Both the position numbers and the translations under genes were made by a program. This document shows, piece by piece, positions 50,425-64,000 of a stretch of 64,000 nt of DNA (positions are counted from its first letter, which is position 1; the number at the start of each line of letters is the position of its first letter). The notes beneath the pieces are model-generated. The model had not been told where the DNA came from, did not search any database, and saw only the letters and a program-made list of their open reading frames with translations. The DNA is from Phoronis australis. Its lineage: Eukaryota > Animalia > Phoronida. The stretch is from NCBI GenBank assembly GCA_002633005.1, contig NMRA01000099.1, positions 156,555-220,554 of the forward strand, written 5' to 3'.

Positions 50425-50901
50425 CAGGCCTTTATGCAGCATACGTCCTGGGCGTCCAAATGGACTAATATAGCACTAATATAGACCTCTGGCAAGGACA
50501 CCCAATGTATCATTTGGACGCCCACTGTCAATAGGAACCTTTCAAGTTTGGACACACACATTGTAAGGATTACTAGGAAGCCTCTGAAGGCTCAGTGGGG
50601 GCTCTTTTTTTCAAAGCAGGAAGAAATATACAAAGTATATACAATGTTGCTATGCTCACACTAGGTTGATAGCATTGTAAAAGTCTTGGTCTACACCAAT
50701 TTTTTATTAAAATGCTCACTACAGAAGGCTGTTTTGTAAACTTAGATGTAAAAACCTTGGTCTATGCATTTTTTGTAAAAACATCTGTGTGTTTGGGGGG
50801 ACTATTGGGGGTGGGGGTTACGCGTCGGAATTATGGATGCCCTGGAATATTGGGAACCCCATTTTGGACACCCTATATTCGAAATCCTGGATAAAGGCCT
50901 G
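50425..50901. mobile_element. hAT-like MITE, 477 bp
   Basis: TIR CAGGCCTTTAT(G/C)CAG and a perfect 8-bp TSD GACACGCG at 50417-24 and 50902-09. Confidence 0.88.
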
Positions 50902-52243
50902 GACACGCGTAATATATTACTGACATGTAGTTAACTATTGGTCAGTTTTATTACAAGTCGCAATGTGATGGCATGCAGCTATTACAGACTAGTACGTTCA
51001 AGTTAGAAAATGCATACATTTTAGAGGCGAGTGGTGTTTTGTTTAGATTTTGTGCTAGTCAGAAGATTAGAAACGAGGCAAATCAGCTTTTCTAGTTTTC
51101 GACTACAGAGAACATCCTACATTCAACTAGTCAGCATTGAATGAACATGAGAGCATACTTCACTAGACTGACTATTTCCAATTTCTAATTCTGGTATCCA
51201 AGGCAAGTGGAGTTGACAGGGACGAAAAACAACTTTGATTCATTCCCAGACATTTTGAGGTGCTGGACAATTTTTATGACTAGTTTTAATTCATATTCCA
51301 TGACAAAACATTGGCAACTTGATAGCATGAAAAAGAATTTATAAAAAATTCTGGAAAACTTCCTAGTGCATTAAGCCCGAATATGACCGAAGCAGGCAAT
51401 GCAACAACTACCCTAACACCATCTAGTGACAAGGCATATATTTCATCATGTTGCTGCTTTATCATAAAATGGATATTATTATTATATTATGCCCTTGGGA
51501 AGAGTTCACACAGCATGATGTTACATTTAGTAAAAAAGCACATTCCTGGTTATTTTGGAGACTAAACAGCTACTAGATGGTGAAACGGCAACCTGAAGTA
51601 TTCAAAAGAGGGCAACGCCATTAAAAAAACATTTATAGCCTATCACAAGCACAAAGCTTAAAAACATGAGTTTGTTACACCCAACTATATTCCCAAGGGA
51701 CCGAGCTTTGATTCAGTTAAAAAGCAAGAAAATTTTAAGAGTACAATAAGTCTACGAAAGGAAATTGTGCTTCTGGCACAAAAAGACGAAAACAAAGCAA
51801 TATTTATTTAAAGCTAACCTGTTTCTTATGGTGGTACGGACTTCACAAATAAAGGCAATAAATAAGTACATGGCTTCATGCGCTTTTCAGAATAACTAAT
51901 AACTTCTGGCAACCCCCAGAGACAGTACACCCCTGAGACAGTACACCCCTGAGCGAATCAGATTTTGTAGATGATGTACATATTTTCCCACAGGAACTGA
52001 GCAACTCACCTTAACTGTTAAGTTTTGATAAATGTATTGAATGTATGATCATCTCATGAATGCAATCACTATGAGCAGGTAAATAAACTGTTAACGTCAT
52101 AATAAGTTACCCCTCAACTAGTCATTCACTACAAAAATAAGCTATCGCACACGTTCTGTAACAATTGACTTTTCAGGCACTACCAAAATCATAGCACTTT
52201 CAGTAAAAAATGTATTCTGCTAGATACTTTATTCATACAGTGT

Positions 52244-52339
52244 GGTTAAAGTACCACCTTCGGTTAAAGTACCACCTTCAGTTAAAGTGCCACCTTCTGT
52301 TAAAGTACCACCTTCGGTTAAAGTACCACCTTCGGTTAA
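52244..52339 (+). repeat. 18-bp minisatellite GGTTAAAGTACCACCTTC, left part (~5 units)
   Basis: Direct tandem units visible. Confidence 0.95.
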
Positions 52340-54013
52340 AGTCCTTCTCTCAAACTGCCTGTGTGGTTCCAGTATCCGAAAATACTTACTACATAAATTC
52401 TTATTTTCGACACCCTTTCTTTATATTCTTTTCGCCTTTCTTGCCACAAGCGATTTTTTAACAGTATTTGACCCTTCTCTCTGAGCGTATGATTACCGGT
52501 TGTCATCGGTTATTTCCGTACCCACATTTCCGGCTCATCAGTTCAGGAACTTGTCCTGAACGCCGCCATTTTTTCCTTGTAACTGAATGTGCTATGGCTT
52601 GCTCGAAAAGTCATTATTTTGTTGTATTAGTAATATATCGTGATTCGTTTGCATATGTAGTGTATTTATAGTTTGTAGTTAGTGGTCGTTGATTCTTTTT
52701 GGAATGTTACGTGTACTTAGTATGTTAAAATAGCATTGGTGTTTAGTTCCTTACGTAGGCCGGTCGAACCTAGGAACCAATATGGCTAGAACCAATTTTT
52801 TTCGGTTTTATTTTTTTCGTTTTGAAAAAGTACTTTGCTATCATCGGAAAGGTAGTACATTCTACTCAGTGAAAATCGAAAAAGTATCAAAATCGGGGCA
52901 AGCACTGTAAAGTTATTGCAAGTTTTGTGGCGAAATTTGGGTCACTTTGTTTGGATCGCGTCGGCCATATTGGAGGACAGCGGGATGAGTTACGAGTTTA
53001 AAACTTTGTGTAAATTGTTTTCGCCAACAAATTACGGTGAAATTTAGTTAGACATATCTTTACTTACTATTCTGCACGATTTAGCAGTGTTCACCAAATT
53101 TCAGCCTCGCAGTTGTTACTCATTAAGTGATAAATGTGCTCACAATTCCCGTTGGACTTCGTCTCATTTCTGGCGGCACCTACAATGTCGACTTTTGCTG
53201 AACTGAAAGGCATGTTCAATCGGCTACTTTGTAATTTGTGAAGATTTAACGTTGATACATTTTGACAAACGTTGCTACAAAAAAGAAACTTTGTTCAATT
53301 TTCGTGTTTTTTGTGTTTGTGGCCAGCGACCAGTTAGGCCTAAGGGTAGTCTTGGCGCAAAGCTGTATAGGCCTACTAACAAGCTGTATTTTGACTATAG
53401 TCTTCACTGGTAGCTGGTGACTGAGGCTAACTAAGGTCTGCCGCGGCAGTGTGACACAGGACTAACCAGCCCGTAATTTCATGCAAGTGTCTGAAACTAC
53501 CCTTGAATATATGCAGCATTTATGATTTGACCATTTTACTTCGACAAAACAGCTTGCAACCGCATGCATTTACCGTTCGCCAGTGTCTGGTCTCGATCCG
53601 CACCGGGTCCGATAGGCTCAGTGTGGTCCCGAGTCTGGCAAAATAATTTCTGTCAAAATTTATTTGCCACATTTCTTCAGCAAATTCCATAAAATTTCCG
53701 TAGTTTGATTTTATCAAAATTAAGGCGCGCTGTCGATTATTTTATCTCCGTTTGCTGGCTGGTAACAGTACAGGCACTGCTCCAGTCGCACTGACGGCGT
53801 TTTCTCGGCCTGGGTTCCTGAATGAATTGTACTTCCGGGTTCGCGGCAAGTTCAAAATGGCGGTGGTTCTTCGGGTGTGAATCGTGAGTGGCGCGTTCAT
53901 TTAAACTTTTTTCGAGTATGGATCGTGTATTAGTTATGGGGTAGGTACTTCTTGGATCCTTATAACATCTTCTAACCATGTAATAAGGGTTAACAACGCA
54001 TGAGAGAAGGACT
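52340..54013. mobile_element. Kolobok-like non-autonomous element inserted in a minisatellite
   Basis: TIR AGTCCTTCTCTCA / TGAGAGAAGGACT and TTAA TSD at 52336-39 and 54014-17. The repeat phase resumes exactly after the element. Confidence 0.88.
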
Positions 54014-54243
54014 TTAAAGTACCATCTTCGGTTAAAATACCATCTTCGGTTAAAGTACCATCTTCGGATAAAGTACCATCTTCGGTAAAAGTACTATCTT
54101 TGGTTAAAGTACCATCTTTGGTTAAAGAACCATCTTTGGTTAAAGTACCACCTTTGGTTAAAGTACCACCTTTGGTTAAAGAACCACCTTTGTTTAAAGT
54201 ACCATCTTTGGTTAAAGTACCATCTTTGGTTAAAGTACCATCT
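54014..54243 (+). repeat. 18-bp minisatellite GGTTAAAGTACCAYCTTY, right part (~12-13 units)
   Basis: Direct tandem units visible. Confidence 0.95.
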
Positions 54244-55079
54244 AAACACAACTGGGGCAGGATGGAAAGGGATAATCTTTCAATGCACTTGCACAATAGC
54301 GTATGTACGGGTGATTCCCTGACATTCCACATGGTTTGGACGTTCTCTATTGTTTATGCAAGCATGCGCAGACAGTCTTCGTGTTAGTGACTCATACTGA
54401 TCCAGTTTCCGATCTAATGTCGTATGAATGCGACTAAAGTGGAGCAAGTCGCGTCGTGACAACTGACACGTTGACAACTGTCTCTCGAGTAAAAGCAGCT
54501 TATAACTAACAAACAAGTACAAAAGGTTAATCCCTGAATAGATCCTCTGTGGACGGTTGCATGAAACAGACAGTCAGGGAATCATCGACGTTCCTATATT
54601 TTTAGCATACTTATTGATATCTGCTGCTACTTTATCTTCATCACTGAGAGTTTAGCTTTGAAACATATTGAGAGTAATGCTGAATTCTTTTCATTATTTG
54701 AAAATAGATAGGGCCTATTTCTTGAAACGCACCTAATTTATGGACTTTGGTAAAAATTCTCGAGTTTGGGACACTAAAAAGTTAATTATTTTGGTCATGT
54801 TGAGAGCTTGTACTGAATAGGCAATACTGGCCGTTCCAAATTCAATAATCATGAGAAAGACGAATTCTGCAGTCAGGTAGATAAGTTTCGACAATTTTAT
54901 CTCAGCGTTGGGTGATACAAAATGCAGTGTCCGATATACGAGAAACATGATGGAATGCCAAAATTAACCATGTCCCAAAATATTCAGACTGAAGAAAATT
55001 CGATGTTGGCTTGCCTGAATTTCACTATCCCATGTTTAAGAGATAGTCCAAATTAGGAGAATTTTTACTGTATTCCCTA

Positions 55080-56482
55080 CCGTATTGGCCCTAATGAGTG
55101 CCCCCATCTTGTTTTCAGACTTTGCTAAAATAAGCGCCCAGCCCATGAACGTGTACATGCAAAAAACGCCTCACCAACAGTTCTAAAATTCTACAGTAAC
55201 ATCTTCAATTTATCAATAAGATCCAACAGTCCTGATAAAAATTATTATGCGCGAAATTTGTAGACCACGAGCCTCGCTGCTATGTTGGTATTTAGCCATG
55301 ACTATGCACTTCAAACTTCCGCGTGCTTCAAAGACAATGCTATCAAGTTTCGCCGATCTTGCGAGTAAAATGTCCCACTACGATAGTCTGGCCTTTCAGA
55401 ACAGACACAGAGTACTTGTCAGTGGGATTGTATTGTACCTTTCCTGTACAGATCTTCTCTTTTAACACAAAGACTATTAAAAAGCTTAACCGGTGTTAAA
55501 AGCACATAACCATTAGTCTTCAGGAACTATCTATTCATGAAACTGGTAGCATATCATCGGCAAGAAATAAATATTGACACTAATTTCCGAAAGTCTCTAA
55601 TACCGTAAAAATCTTTTGCATTATTGTTAACAAGAATTACTTAATTAATCATAATTCCTGTTTTTAAAGTGAAAATGACCCACTGATAGTGAACACTTTC
55701 GCACCCTCACACTCCAAATTTCCTGGAAAATAACTGTTAGACAGTCATGCATCCAGTCACCTGGCAACTCAATGATGTTTAATATTGGCCTTACCGAGAC
55801 AATTTTCAAACGTTTTTTAGCAGATGAGATCAGCAAGTGCTAAATAAAGCACATTCTGCTTTACTGCTTGTGTTAATTTCTTTAGTTACAATGCACAACC
55901 AAGATCGTTTATTCTGGCAAATGAACTCTGATGACACGCACACGCTTGCTCACTCACACACAGACGAACTTCAAAGCAAACATCACGTGACAAAAACGTG
56001 TGTGTTCGTTGAGATTTTTCTCGTGTTGCGGAGTACGATCTGGCGCAGATTTGAACTTAATCTGCAGTTAATCCCGACTCCAGCCACAGGAGCTTAAAAA
56101 TCTTACGAACACTATTTTGAAAACTTAAGGTGGACTTCAGGTAAATTGTTGAATCAAAACTGTATTTTTGTTAAAGAATTCAAGTTGCCCTATGGACAAT
56201 CGCGAGGCAGTGACGCATCAGTCGGCGAGTTTTCGCATTGGGATTTAGCACAATTTTCTGAAAAACAATCGTACTTTAACAAGGAAGTTTGATAGCAATG
56301 CATCACAGTTTTGTAGAAAGTATGTCATAGGTTACAGATGTCACACAGCGTAAATTTGATGATACCTAGCTTACGATTTCACCAGTTTCGGAGACCGGGT
56401 TTCAACCGTCTTTGGCTACAAAAAGCGCCCCCCCGAAACGAATTTTTCTAAGCACCCTGTGCACTTATTAGGGCGACTGTGG
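55080..56482 (+). mobile_element. Pogo-like MITE family B, copy 2
   Basis: TA-flanked ends CCGTATTGGCCCTAATGAGTGCCC ... GCACTTATTAGGGCGACTGTGG. Collinear with copy 1 and holds the empty site gcagTTAAtcccgact at ~56064-56080. Confidence 0.85.
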
Positions 56483-57240
56483 TATTTTACTTTCATTGAA
56501 ATAAGAGCTCCCTATTCAGATAAACTTACACAATACCAAAAGGAGCTCATAGTAAAAACAAAGTGATTGAAGTCCAGCTTTCGGGCTGTCTTTAGCATCT
56601 GGCCTGTCACTGATGTCTGATACGAATTTTATACAAGAGGATATCATATCGAAAAGACTGATTGTCCAAGTAAATGGCCAGACTTATACAAAGCTCTTTC
56701 ACCCTGTTTAGCTGGGTAGTAAATTAAAAACCCAATTAGGCTTTTTGCTCTCATAAAATTGGCTTTGCAATACACCTTACCGTGATATAGTATTCTATTT
56801 TCATTACAAACTCAAATCACAGACAATGCGTGCACCATTTTCATATTCGCACTTAAGCCTTGCTCAATTACAATTATCTCCAAAGTGTTTTCCCAATAAA
56901 CTGCAGAGCAAGCCCAGTGTTTTCTTAAATCAGTAAATAGTCTTGGTGTTCTTGTTAGTAACAGAAACAGAATCCTATCTTGATAAGCAATATTATAAGA
57001 CTGACATTATGAGGGCAAAAAGCCTAATTAGATATTCCTTTTTCAGCCAGCTGAACAGGGCAAAATGCACATTTAAACAACAATGCTCAGCTAATTACCC
57101 ATGTCTTAATTTTTAAAAACTTAATATATTTCTCAGCAAATACATGCCAGTGCTAATTCAAGTGAGTACAATTATGCTATTGGAAAAACCCTACGCAAAA
57201 ATGCAGAGTAATATACATGCAAGTCGCATTAACCAAAACT

Positions 57241-57413
57241 CTAGACTAGGTATCTAGACGAGGTATCTAGACTAGGTATCTAGACTAGGTATCTAGACTA
57301 GGTATCTAGACTAGGTATCTAGACTAGGTATCTAGACTAGGTATCTAGACTAGGTATCTAGACTAGGTATCTAGACTAGGTATCTAGACTAGGTATCTAG
57401 ACTAGGTATCTAG
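57241..57413. repeat. 13-bp minisatellite CTAGACTAGGTAT, ~13 nearly perfect copies
   Basis: Direct tandem units with one internal substitution seen (at ~57260). Confidence 0.97.
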
Positions 57414-58669
57414 TCCTTACTACCCATACCATCTACAGAAAACTTGACGTAGAATTTAGGAACCATGAAGGGACGACACACAGATGAGAATACAAGCCAC
57501 ACATAAAAGGTAGCAGGAGAATCAGGAGATGGTGAATTCATTAAAAGTGACTGATGTAACGCAGGCATGCTATCAAAAAGCATATAATAATTCTATTTCT
57601 CTAAATAAGTTCACCAGGATGTCCAACATGTAAGATTGCAGCCATATGTATAACCCTGTATAACACCTAGCGACACCTAGTGGTAAGACATCATAACGGA
57701 GAAGCCAAAGCATGAAATGTATTAACTCATATTCTATTTCATTAAGTGATTTCATCCGGATGGTAAATGGTCAAGTCACTGATGATCATCTTAGGAAAAA
57801 ACCACAGAGGAGCTCACCGTCACTCATTATCCCATGGCAACCCACCACTGTAATGGGTGGTGGAAAACATTGACAACAGGAAAAATATGACAACAAAAAC
57901 ACTCACACGATGGTGTGTGGGGTTCTGTTAATATTTAACTGTATCTAATCATTGAATTTCTTTAAAAACAGAATCTGTGGCTAATTCCAAACCTTTTCAA
58001 AGGTGGACAGAAAACATCAACGTTGCCCGAGTTATCAATGATTATAAATAAACAATTTTGCAACCAGTACTGCAAAGATGTCCATTCCTTGAAGAATTAC
58101 CACAAGATGCATTTCATTAAAAATGCGACATTACCTGATACGAGTTGCCCCGTGATTCTTCCAGCCTCACTATCAGGGACGGTGCTGTGCCAGAGACATG
58201 CTGTAGACAACGACAGGCACTACTGTAGCCACGTAGTTTGGCCTCCTCAACATTTGTATACAGAGGTGTGGCAAGCTGAAACAGACGTGTTACAATGAAG
58301 GGGAGATAACTAGCAACTTAAATGAAGTATTGAATTAGACTGATCCGATAAGCGGAAAATGGAAATTTGGAATCAGGAGACCAATGAGATCAAGCCCAGC
58401 ATTCTCTGTGACATGTTTTGAGAGGTCACAGGTCCTCTTAATGCCATTTAAACATTTGATTGAACGGTGATAAAGCTCTTAGGAACCTGAAAATCGAGGT
58501 GCATGTGCTTACCCACGGAACTGAAGAATTGCCCTGGACACCCATGACCTTTAAAATTGAAGTACACAGAACAGAAGTTCAAAGGATTTCCAGTTACCCA
58601 CCCGCCTGTCAAGCTAGGCAGACTTTTCCGTTTGTTGCCATGCACTATATGTTGTACGCATGTAACAGT

Positions 58670-58860
58670 GCCATCCAGTAGGTTGCTCCTTAGCCTATAC
58701 AAAGCTGGGCAAGACTCTACCAGGTGTTTAGGGGATTCTACATCAGTACCACACTCGGGACACACTGGGCACCCATGTGCCCAGTAATATGTCTGACAAA
58801 ACTACTATCGAGAACAAAATTCTCCACATATGACATAGTGTTTATTAAGCACAGTAAAAG
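58670..58860 (-). pseudogene. Non-LTR retrotransposon ORF2 C-terminal zinc-knuckle relic
   Basis: CPECGTDVESPKHLVESCPALYRLRSNLL (CX2CX8HX4C), preceded by a degenerate LNKH motif. No RT domain recognisable. Confidence 0.55.
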
Positions 58861-59319
58861 TTGCTGATGAAGTTAGTTTTCTGGGAAAAAAGTTTGCAGG
58901 TGATCTTACGTGCATGTGATGCTCTTGTTGTGGATTTGAGTAAGTGAACATCTATTCAAGATGGCACTGTTTATGACATTTTTGCACTCAATTTTGTTGA
59001 ATGCATCAAAAGTACAATGGCACTACTGTGCAGTTGAAAAACATGTTCTAGCAAAGAATGTCAATATTATCTCAATTAAAAACCGTGTTAAGTCAATCCA
59101 AACTTTGCATGCAGGTAGGTCAGACAAAACAACTGGGACTCTTTCAATCAATGTCGTAAGATCAATATGTAAAAAAGATTCAACTGAAAATGCAAATAAC
59201 ACCAATTAAAATCTTTTCTAAAACAATTTCCGTGTATTTTCAATAGCTAAAAAAGACACGTTTTTCCCTCGGTCATAGATTATGAAAATAAGTGAGCAGA
59301 ACTCACTAAAAGGTGTCAA

Positions 59320-60335
59320 ATTCTCCGGTGTTGTCGAGGATGGGTGACGACCAAAGGAACAGTGTGCCTCACTGGGTTGATTTGCTGCCTCTCGATTTCG
59401 GCATTCAAAGGATGGCTACATTACTGGATATTTGCGTATCATCTTGAAGAAGTAAAAAATGCAAGTCAAATTTTGTTTTTCACTTATTGCATCTCAGTCA
59501 AACAGGCATTAGCAGATTTCACCAATGTCAGTGGCAGTTCATTAGAAGTATATATTTTTGATAATTGTACGCAAAAGCACGAATTTACAGGGTGTTCGTA
59601 TGACTCAACTGTCACGCACATTCGTGGGCACCAATGTGTGGGAACTTACGCATGTGTACCACTCCAAAGTCGCACATCAAAAGAGAACAGTGGCAGTCCT
59701 AAGTAACAGTATACTGGCTCGACTCTGTACATTTAAGCGGCTCAGGTGTTTACTTGACAATGAACTTGCATCTCGTGTAGTTATAAAATACCCAGTGCTT
59801 TGCGATTCTTCTGGCCCAATATCCCCAGAACCGCGATGTCAAGTCTGTTACCATATAACGTGGGCTCAATGTTCCCTAGGCTTGATGTTCCATGCCCGTA
59901 GCACTGCGTACAACTCCCCCCACTACTCTCAATTTTCACTCCCCAGATGATCAGTGTATTGCGTCGTACATATTTCAGACTAGAATGGAAAGAATTTTGT
60001 TACGGCTGAAGCTGGCCAATGTAGAAACAGAATTATTCCAGGTGGCTAAAAAGGGCAGGTGGAAACGATATCCAGTCACGCCTAGGCGGAGGGGTTGTCA
60101 CAGGAAATCGTACAATAAAGAACCCCGAGACATTGGTAAAACCTGCTAACACAAGTTTGACTGAGATGCAATAAGAGAAAAACAAAATTTGACTTTCATT
60201 TTTTATTACTTCAAGATGATACACAAACATCCAGTAATGCACTTCTGTCCTCTGAATTCCGCAATCAGAGGCACCAAATTAACCCAGTGAGGCTATCCCT
60301 TCAGTCGCCACACATCTTCGATAACCCGACAATTA
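59320..60335. mobile_element. ~1-kb element with ~210-bp degenerate inverted repeats, unclassified
   Basis: ~59320-59530 is the reverse complement of ~60129-60335. No TSD identified. Confidence 0.7.
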
Positions 60336-60689
60336 CATTCATTAAAATAGGGGGAATTCTTCAAAATCCGAGACCTTCTCATCTAAGCGAATTGGGAGGG
60401 TTGGCAAAGCTACATAACTCTGGCCTGATTTTTTTCGAATTTATGTTTTATCTGGTGCACTGAGCGCAGTCAGAAACTTAGTGCGGCTGACAGCGTCGCT
60501 TAAAGTTTGCAAAGGAGAGAAAAAAGTGACAAAGCATTCAAGAATAAAATTTGAAAGTAAATCCATCACCTGAGATAATAATTTGTTAGTTCCTGTTTTA
60601 TAATTCACATTGCCAAACCACCATCTCGGAGGCAGTCATCGCACTCATTATCATTGCACGATCTACATGTATAAGTCAGGGAATTGTGT

Positions 60690-60893
60690 GTTTTCTTAGC
60701 ACCGGGTGCTTTAAAACAATACAATATTCTAGAGTCAGGATGGGCACTTAACCGCGAGGTGGGTACTTAACTGGAAATCTTCAAAAATCGCAGAGGGGCA
60801 CTTTACCAAGCAATGGCCGTTTAAATCATGATTTCACCAAAATTTAGGGATGGGCGGTGAAGTGAACATGGGTATTAACCTGAACATTTACGG
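60690..60893 (-). mobile_element. Family A left-end fragment, inverted
   Basis: Reverse complement of ~6350-6560, ending ...ATTAACCTGAACATTTACGG|TA. Confidence 0.7.
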
Positions 60894-63800
60894 TATAATA
60901 GAATTTCACTTGTCAGGCATGTTAAGTGCTAAAGACGTGAAGAATTACCATATTAGAAGTTTAATTAAAGTGCTTGATATCATCAATTTCATATCAAAAA
61001 CACCAAAAAAAACACCAGTCAATCAGCTGTCAAATTAGAGCATCAGTCCTGCAAACACTATCTAACGATATGTTAATTAGCTGATCTTGAATTATAAGCA
61101 TCTGTTGGTCGATACACTGACTAATCAGGACAACAAACCAAAGCACTAATCATCATCTGTTGTGTTTAGTGAGAAAAATCAGCCGATAATGCTGCTTGCT
61201 TTCCCGTGGTTTATGGTACAATAAGGAATGGCATTTGTAGTGCTTTATTATCGTGCTGTGGCTCTTTTTGCTTTCCCACCGGACATCAGGGAAACAAGGA
61301 TATGGCACATATTTGAACAAAATGCTGGCGTGTTGGTAGACAACTTGACACACTGATGCTGAGTATATTCATACGTCACACTCATGTCTGGAGCTAAGAA
61401 ACTTTCGATCAAAGTTGTTTTTCTTCTATATTTTTGGAATAATTGTCTTGTTCTTGGTACACTACGTTCCCTATTACAAAGATTTTTAAAAAAAGTGTTA
61501 AAAAGGTTTCCAACAATACCTAATTTTCAATATAGAAGTCACAAAATAATAATGAATTTCATCTACAAAATTAAATTTCCTGTTTCAAAAAATTACAAAT
61601 TTAAAGTTCATGTTTGAAGGCTACATATCCACCTGTTTCTACCTCCTGTTTCTGCCTCAAGAGGGGGCTGATGTTACTGACCTAGAAATGATCTTCAAGG
61701 CCTGTCAAGTAACAAGTGGTTTTCAATGTTCTAGTAGATATTCTCAGTTAGAGACAAATTGCTCTGACTAAGTTGTAGACAATATCTGCCAACAATGTTA
61801 ATGGCTGTTTTTGTATCAAAAGGGCTCCTGTGAGGAAAAGTTGATTTCTGCCAGTGTCTGTATAAAAACATGTTTCACCTCTGGCGACCAATTCTGAAAC
61901 CCCAATTATCCAGGAAGTTAATCCCTTAAGTGATATAATTTCAGTCAACCTGTTATCATCCATTACCATTAGACTAGTTAACAGTATAATTATCTCAGTA
62001 TTTCATCTGGGATAAGAATCATCAGTAATCAATCAATACTCAATCACAATTTCTATTATCAAGATCATCTAATAATAAAAGTTTTCAAACTTTTACATCC
62101 TAATTTGTTTCACGCTTGTCACTTTCTTTATAATTGGATTCCCATCAAACTGGTGTTTCTCAGAATCGACTCAAACGCACAGCAAGGGTCTAAACCTGAC
62201 GTCACTAGTGAATCACCAATACTACCGTATTTGTCAGGGTTAATGCCAAGGGTTTAGATTGAAAAATTAAAAATCAGATAGTTTAAACTCAGTTGCCCAA
62301 ATGACAAATTACAGTTAGCAGCGTCAGACATAAATTTAATATGCAAATCACTTCACGTGCAAAAAGTGTAAGCGCCACAAATCCACGCTTTCCATCACAA
62401 AACTATTGATTTGAGGTCCCTTGCCATTGTAATGTTCTTTACTCAGTTTGCACGTGATCTCTCGGCACAGTAAGAACTAGCAGTTATTTCTTTAAACCGT
62501 AAAATTTGGGGTTACGAGGTGACCTGAAATTTTATGAGCTTGATCAGAAGAAATAACTAGCTATCACTTGATAGAAGCCCTGAAATCATGTCCAATTTGA
62601 CTAAGGGACGATTTGAGGTCAATTTCATAATGATAATTAATCTAAATCAGCACTTGTTTTTTGTGACGGAAGGGGTTCATAGTAGCTTTAAATAAAAACT
62701 GCCAGAACATAAACAATGTGAGTTGCAGTAGGTGAGGGCATGACCGACATAGTACAGGTCAAAATTCAAGCCAAAACCCAACATGGATTTTTGAACTGAA
62801 GCACAAATTTAAATTACCCCTATCAATTATCCTCTTTTGCGAAAGTACGATTGGCCTAGTTTTTGAAAATGGGGCTACTTGACTTCTGGGCCGAATCCTG
62901 CAAGTTTAGAACATTTTATCGTGCCTCATTCAATGGCTCTTCAAATGTTTGTCAGTTTCTGCATCGCATACACTAGGTAACAGTGGCTATATTGGCATCA
63001 GAATGACAAACAGCAAACGAAGTTGAATGTGAACTGGTGATGAGCTTGGCAATTGCGAGGTAAGCGCCCTCTGGATATGTTGAATTTTGGGTAACTACTG
63101 CAGATTCAAAGATGGCGTTGAGCTATTGTACACATTTTAAAAGCTCCGCAGAGCAACCGCAACAATTTTGTTTTAAGGAACTAAAGGACTTGGCTGAGTT
63201 AAAAAATAAGTGTATGCTGTGTAACAAGGCAAGGTCAAATTTGGAAAATAAAAAGTACACATTAAGCAAAACACAGGCTTTAACTTGAACGAACAGGGTA
63301 CTGTGTACATAGCTTAATTTCAAATCCGCTGTTATAAATCTTTTTGTCATGAGTATGTGATAGTAAGCCTCAGGGTTTACATTTTCAAAATGGAACATTT
63401 TCACACTCAAGTACCCCAAATATACTGGAGTATGGGCCATTATGTGTAGCTGAATGATTAAAATGGTATCAACAATACTGCTAAGTTTATTTTATAGATA
63501 AGCCGAAAAACGTGCTGAAATAAAATATGTCCTGCTTCTCGTCAAACCTGGAGATTTGCTTTTTACGAAATTCAATGTCACTTCACTTTAGGAGACTTTC
63601 CCAATTTGGTCCAACTGTGCATATGATTTATACGGCGCTTAGAAAAATTGGTTTCAGGGCGGGAACTTATTGTAGCCTAAAGCAGTTGAAACTCAGTCTC
63701 CAGAACAGGTGAAATTGTAAGCTAGGATTCATCAAATTTACGATCTGCGACCGGCGCTTACACAACATAGGACAGGGATGCAATGTCTCTGTAACAATTG

Positions 63801-64000
63801 CGTGTGCGCCGCGCCCCTTTCTGAGTGCTGGGCCTTGCATTATTTTTTGATTTTTAACCAGCTTTACTTTGGCTCCGTCTCATTCGGCTGCTGCTGTTCA
63901 CTATCTACACTACTTTGAACGCGCGATATCCTACGGACAGACTTAGCTGTGGCCTATTGTGAATGGGGGCCTAAACAAAAAATATTTCTCATCACGTCAA

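Noticed and set aside
52244-54243. 18-bp and 13-bp arrays as CRISPR, or their ORFs (VKVPPS, TKDGTL repeats) as genes
   Set aside because: The units are contiguous with no unique spacers, there are no cas genes, and the context is eukaryotic. The ORFs arise from the 18-bp periodicity.

Overview
This is AT-rich, repeat-dominated eukaryotic DNA, probably from a marine invertebrate (inferred from the receptor family and transposon types; not provable here). It contains one well-supported protein-coding region: an intronless 345-aa rhodopsin-class GPCR of the sex-peptide/MIP-receptor-like family (17483-18520, +), preceded by a splice acceptor and an in-frame uORF. The rest is mostly transposon DNA that can be resolved by TIRs, TSDs and empty-site comparisons within the window. 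It includes TA-flanked pogo/Tc1-mariner-like MITE families, TTAA-flanked Kolobok-like elements (one inserted into an 18-bp minisatellite), and an hAT-like MITE. A decayed Sola3 transposon sits at the centre of a three-level nest that includes an element with a 6-bp TSD. Three truncated Penelope-like insertions with inverted ends and hammerhead-like motifs lie within 3.5 kb. LINE relics, minisatellites and an Asn/Gly-rich low-complexity ORF of uncertain status are also present. No rRNA, tRNA or CRISPR array was found. Most short ORFs in the track look spurious. All alignments were done by eye, so coordinates may be off by a few bases.
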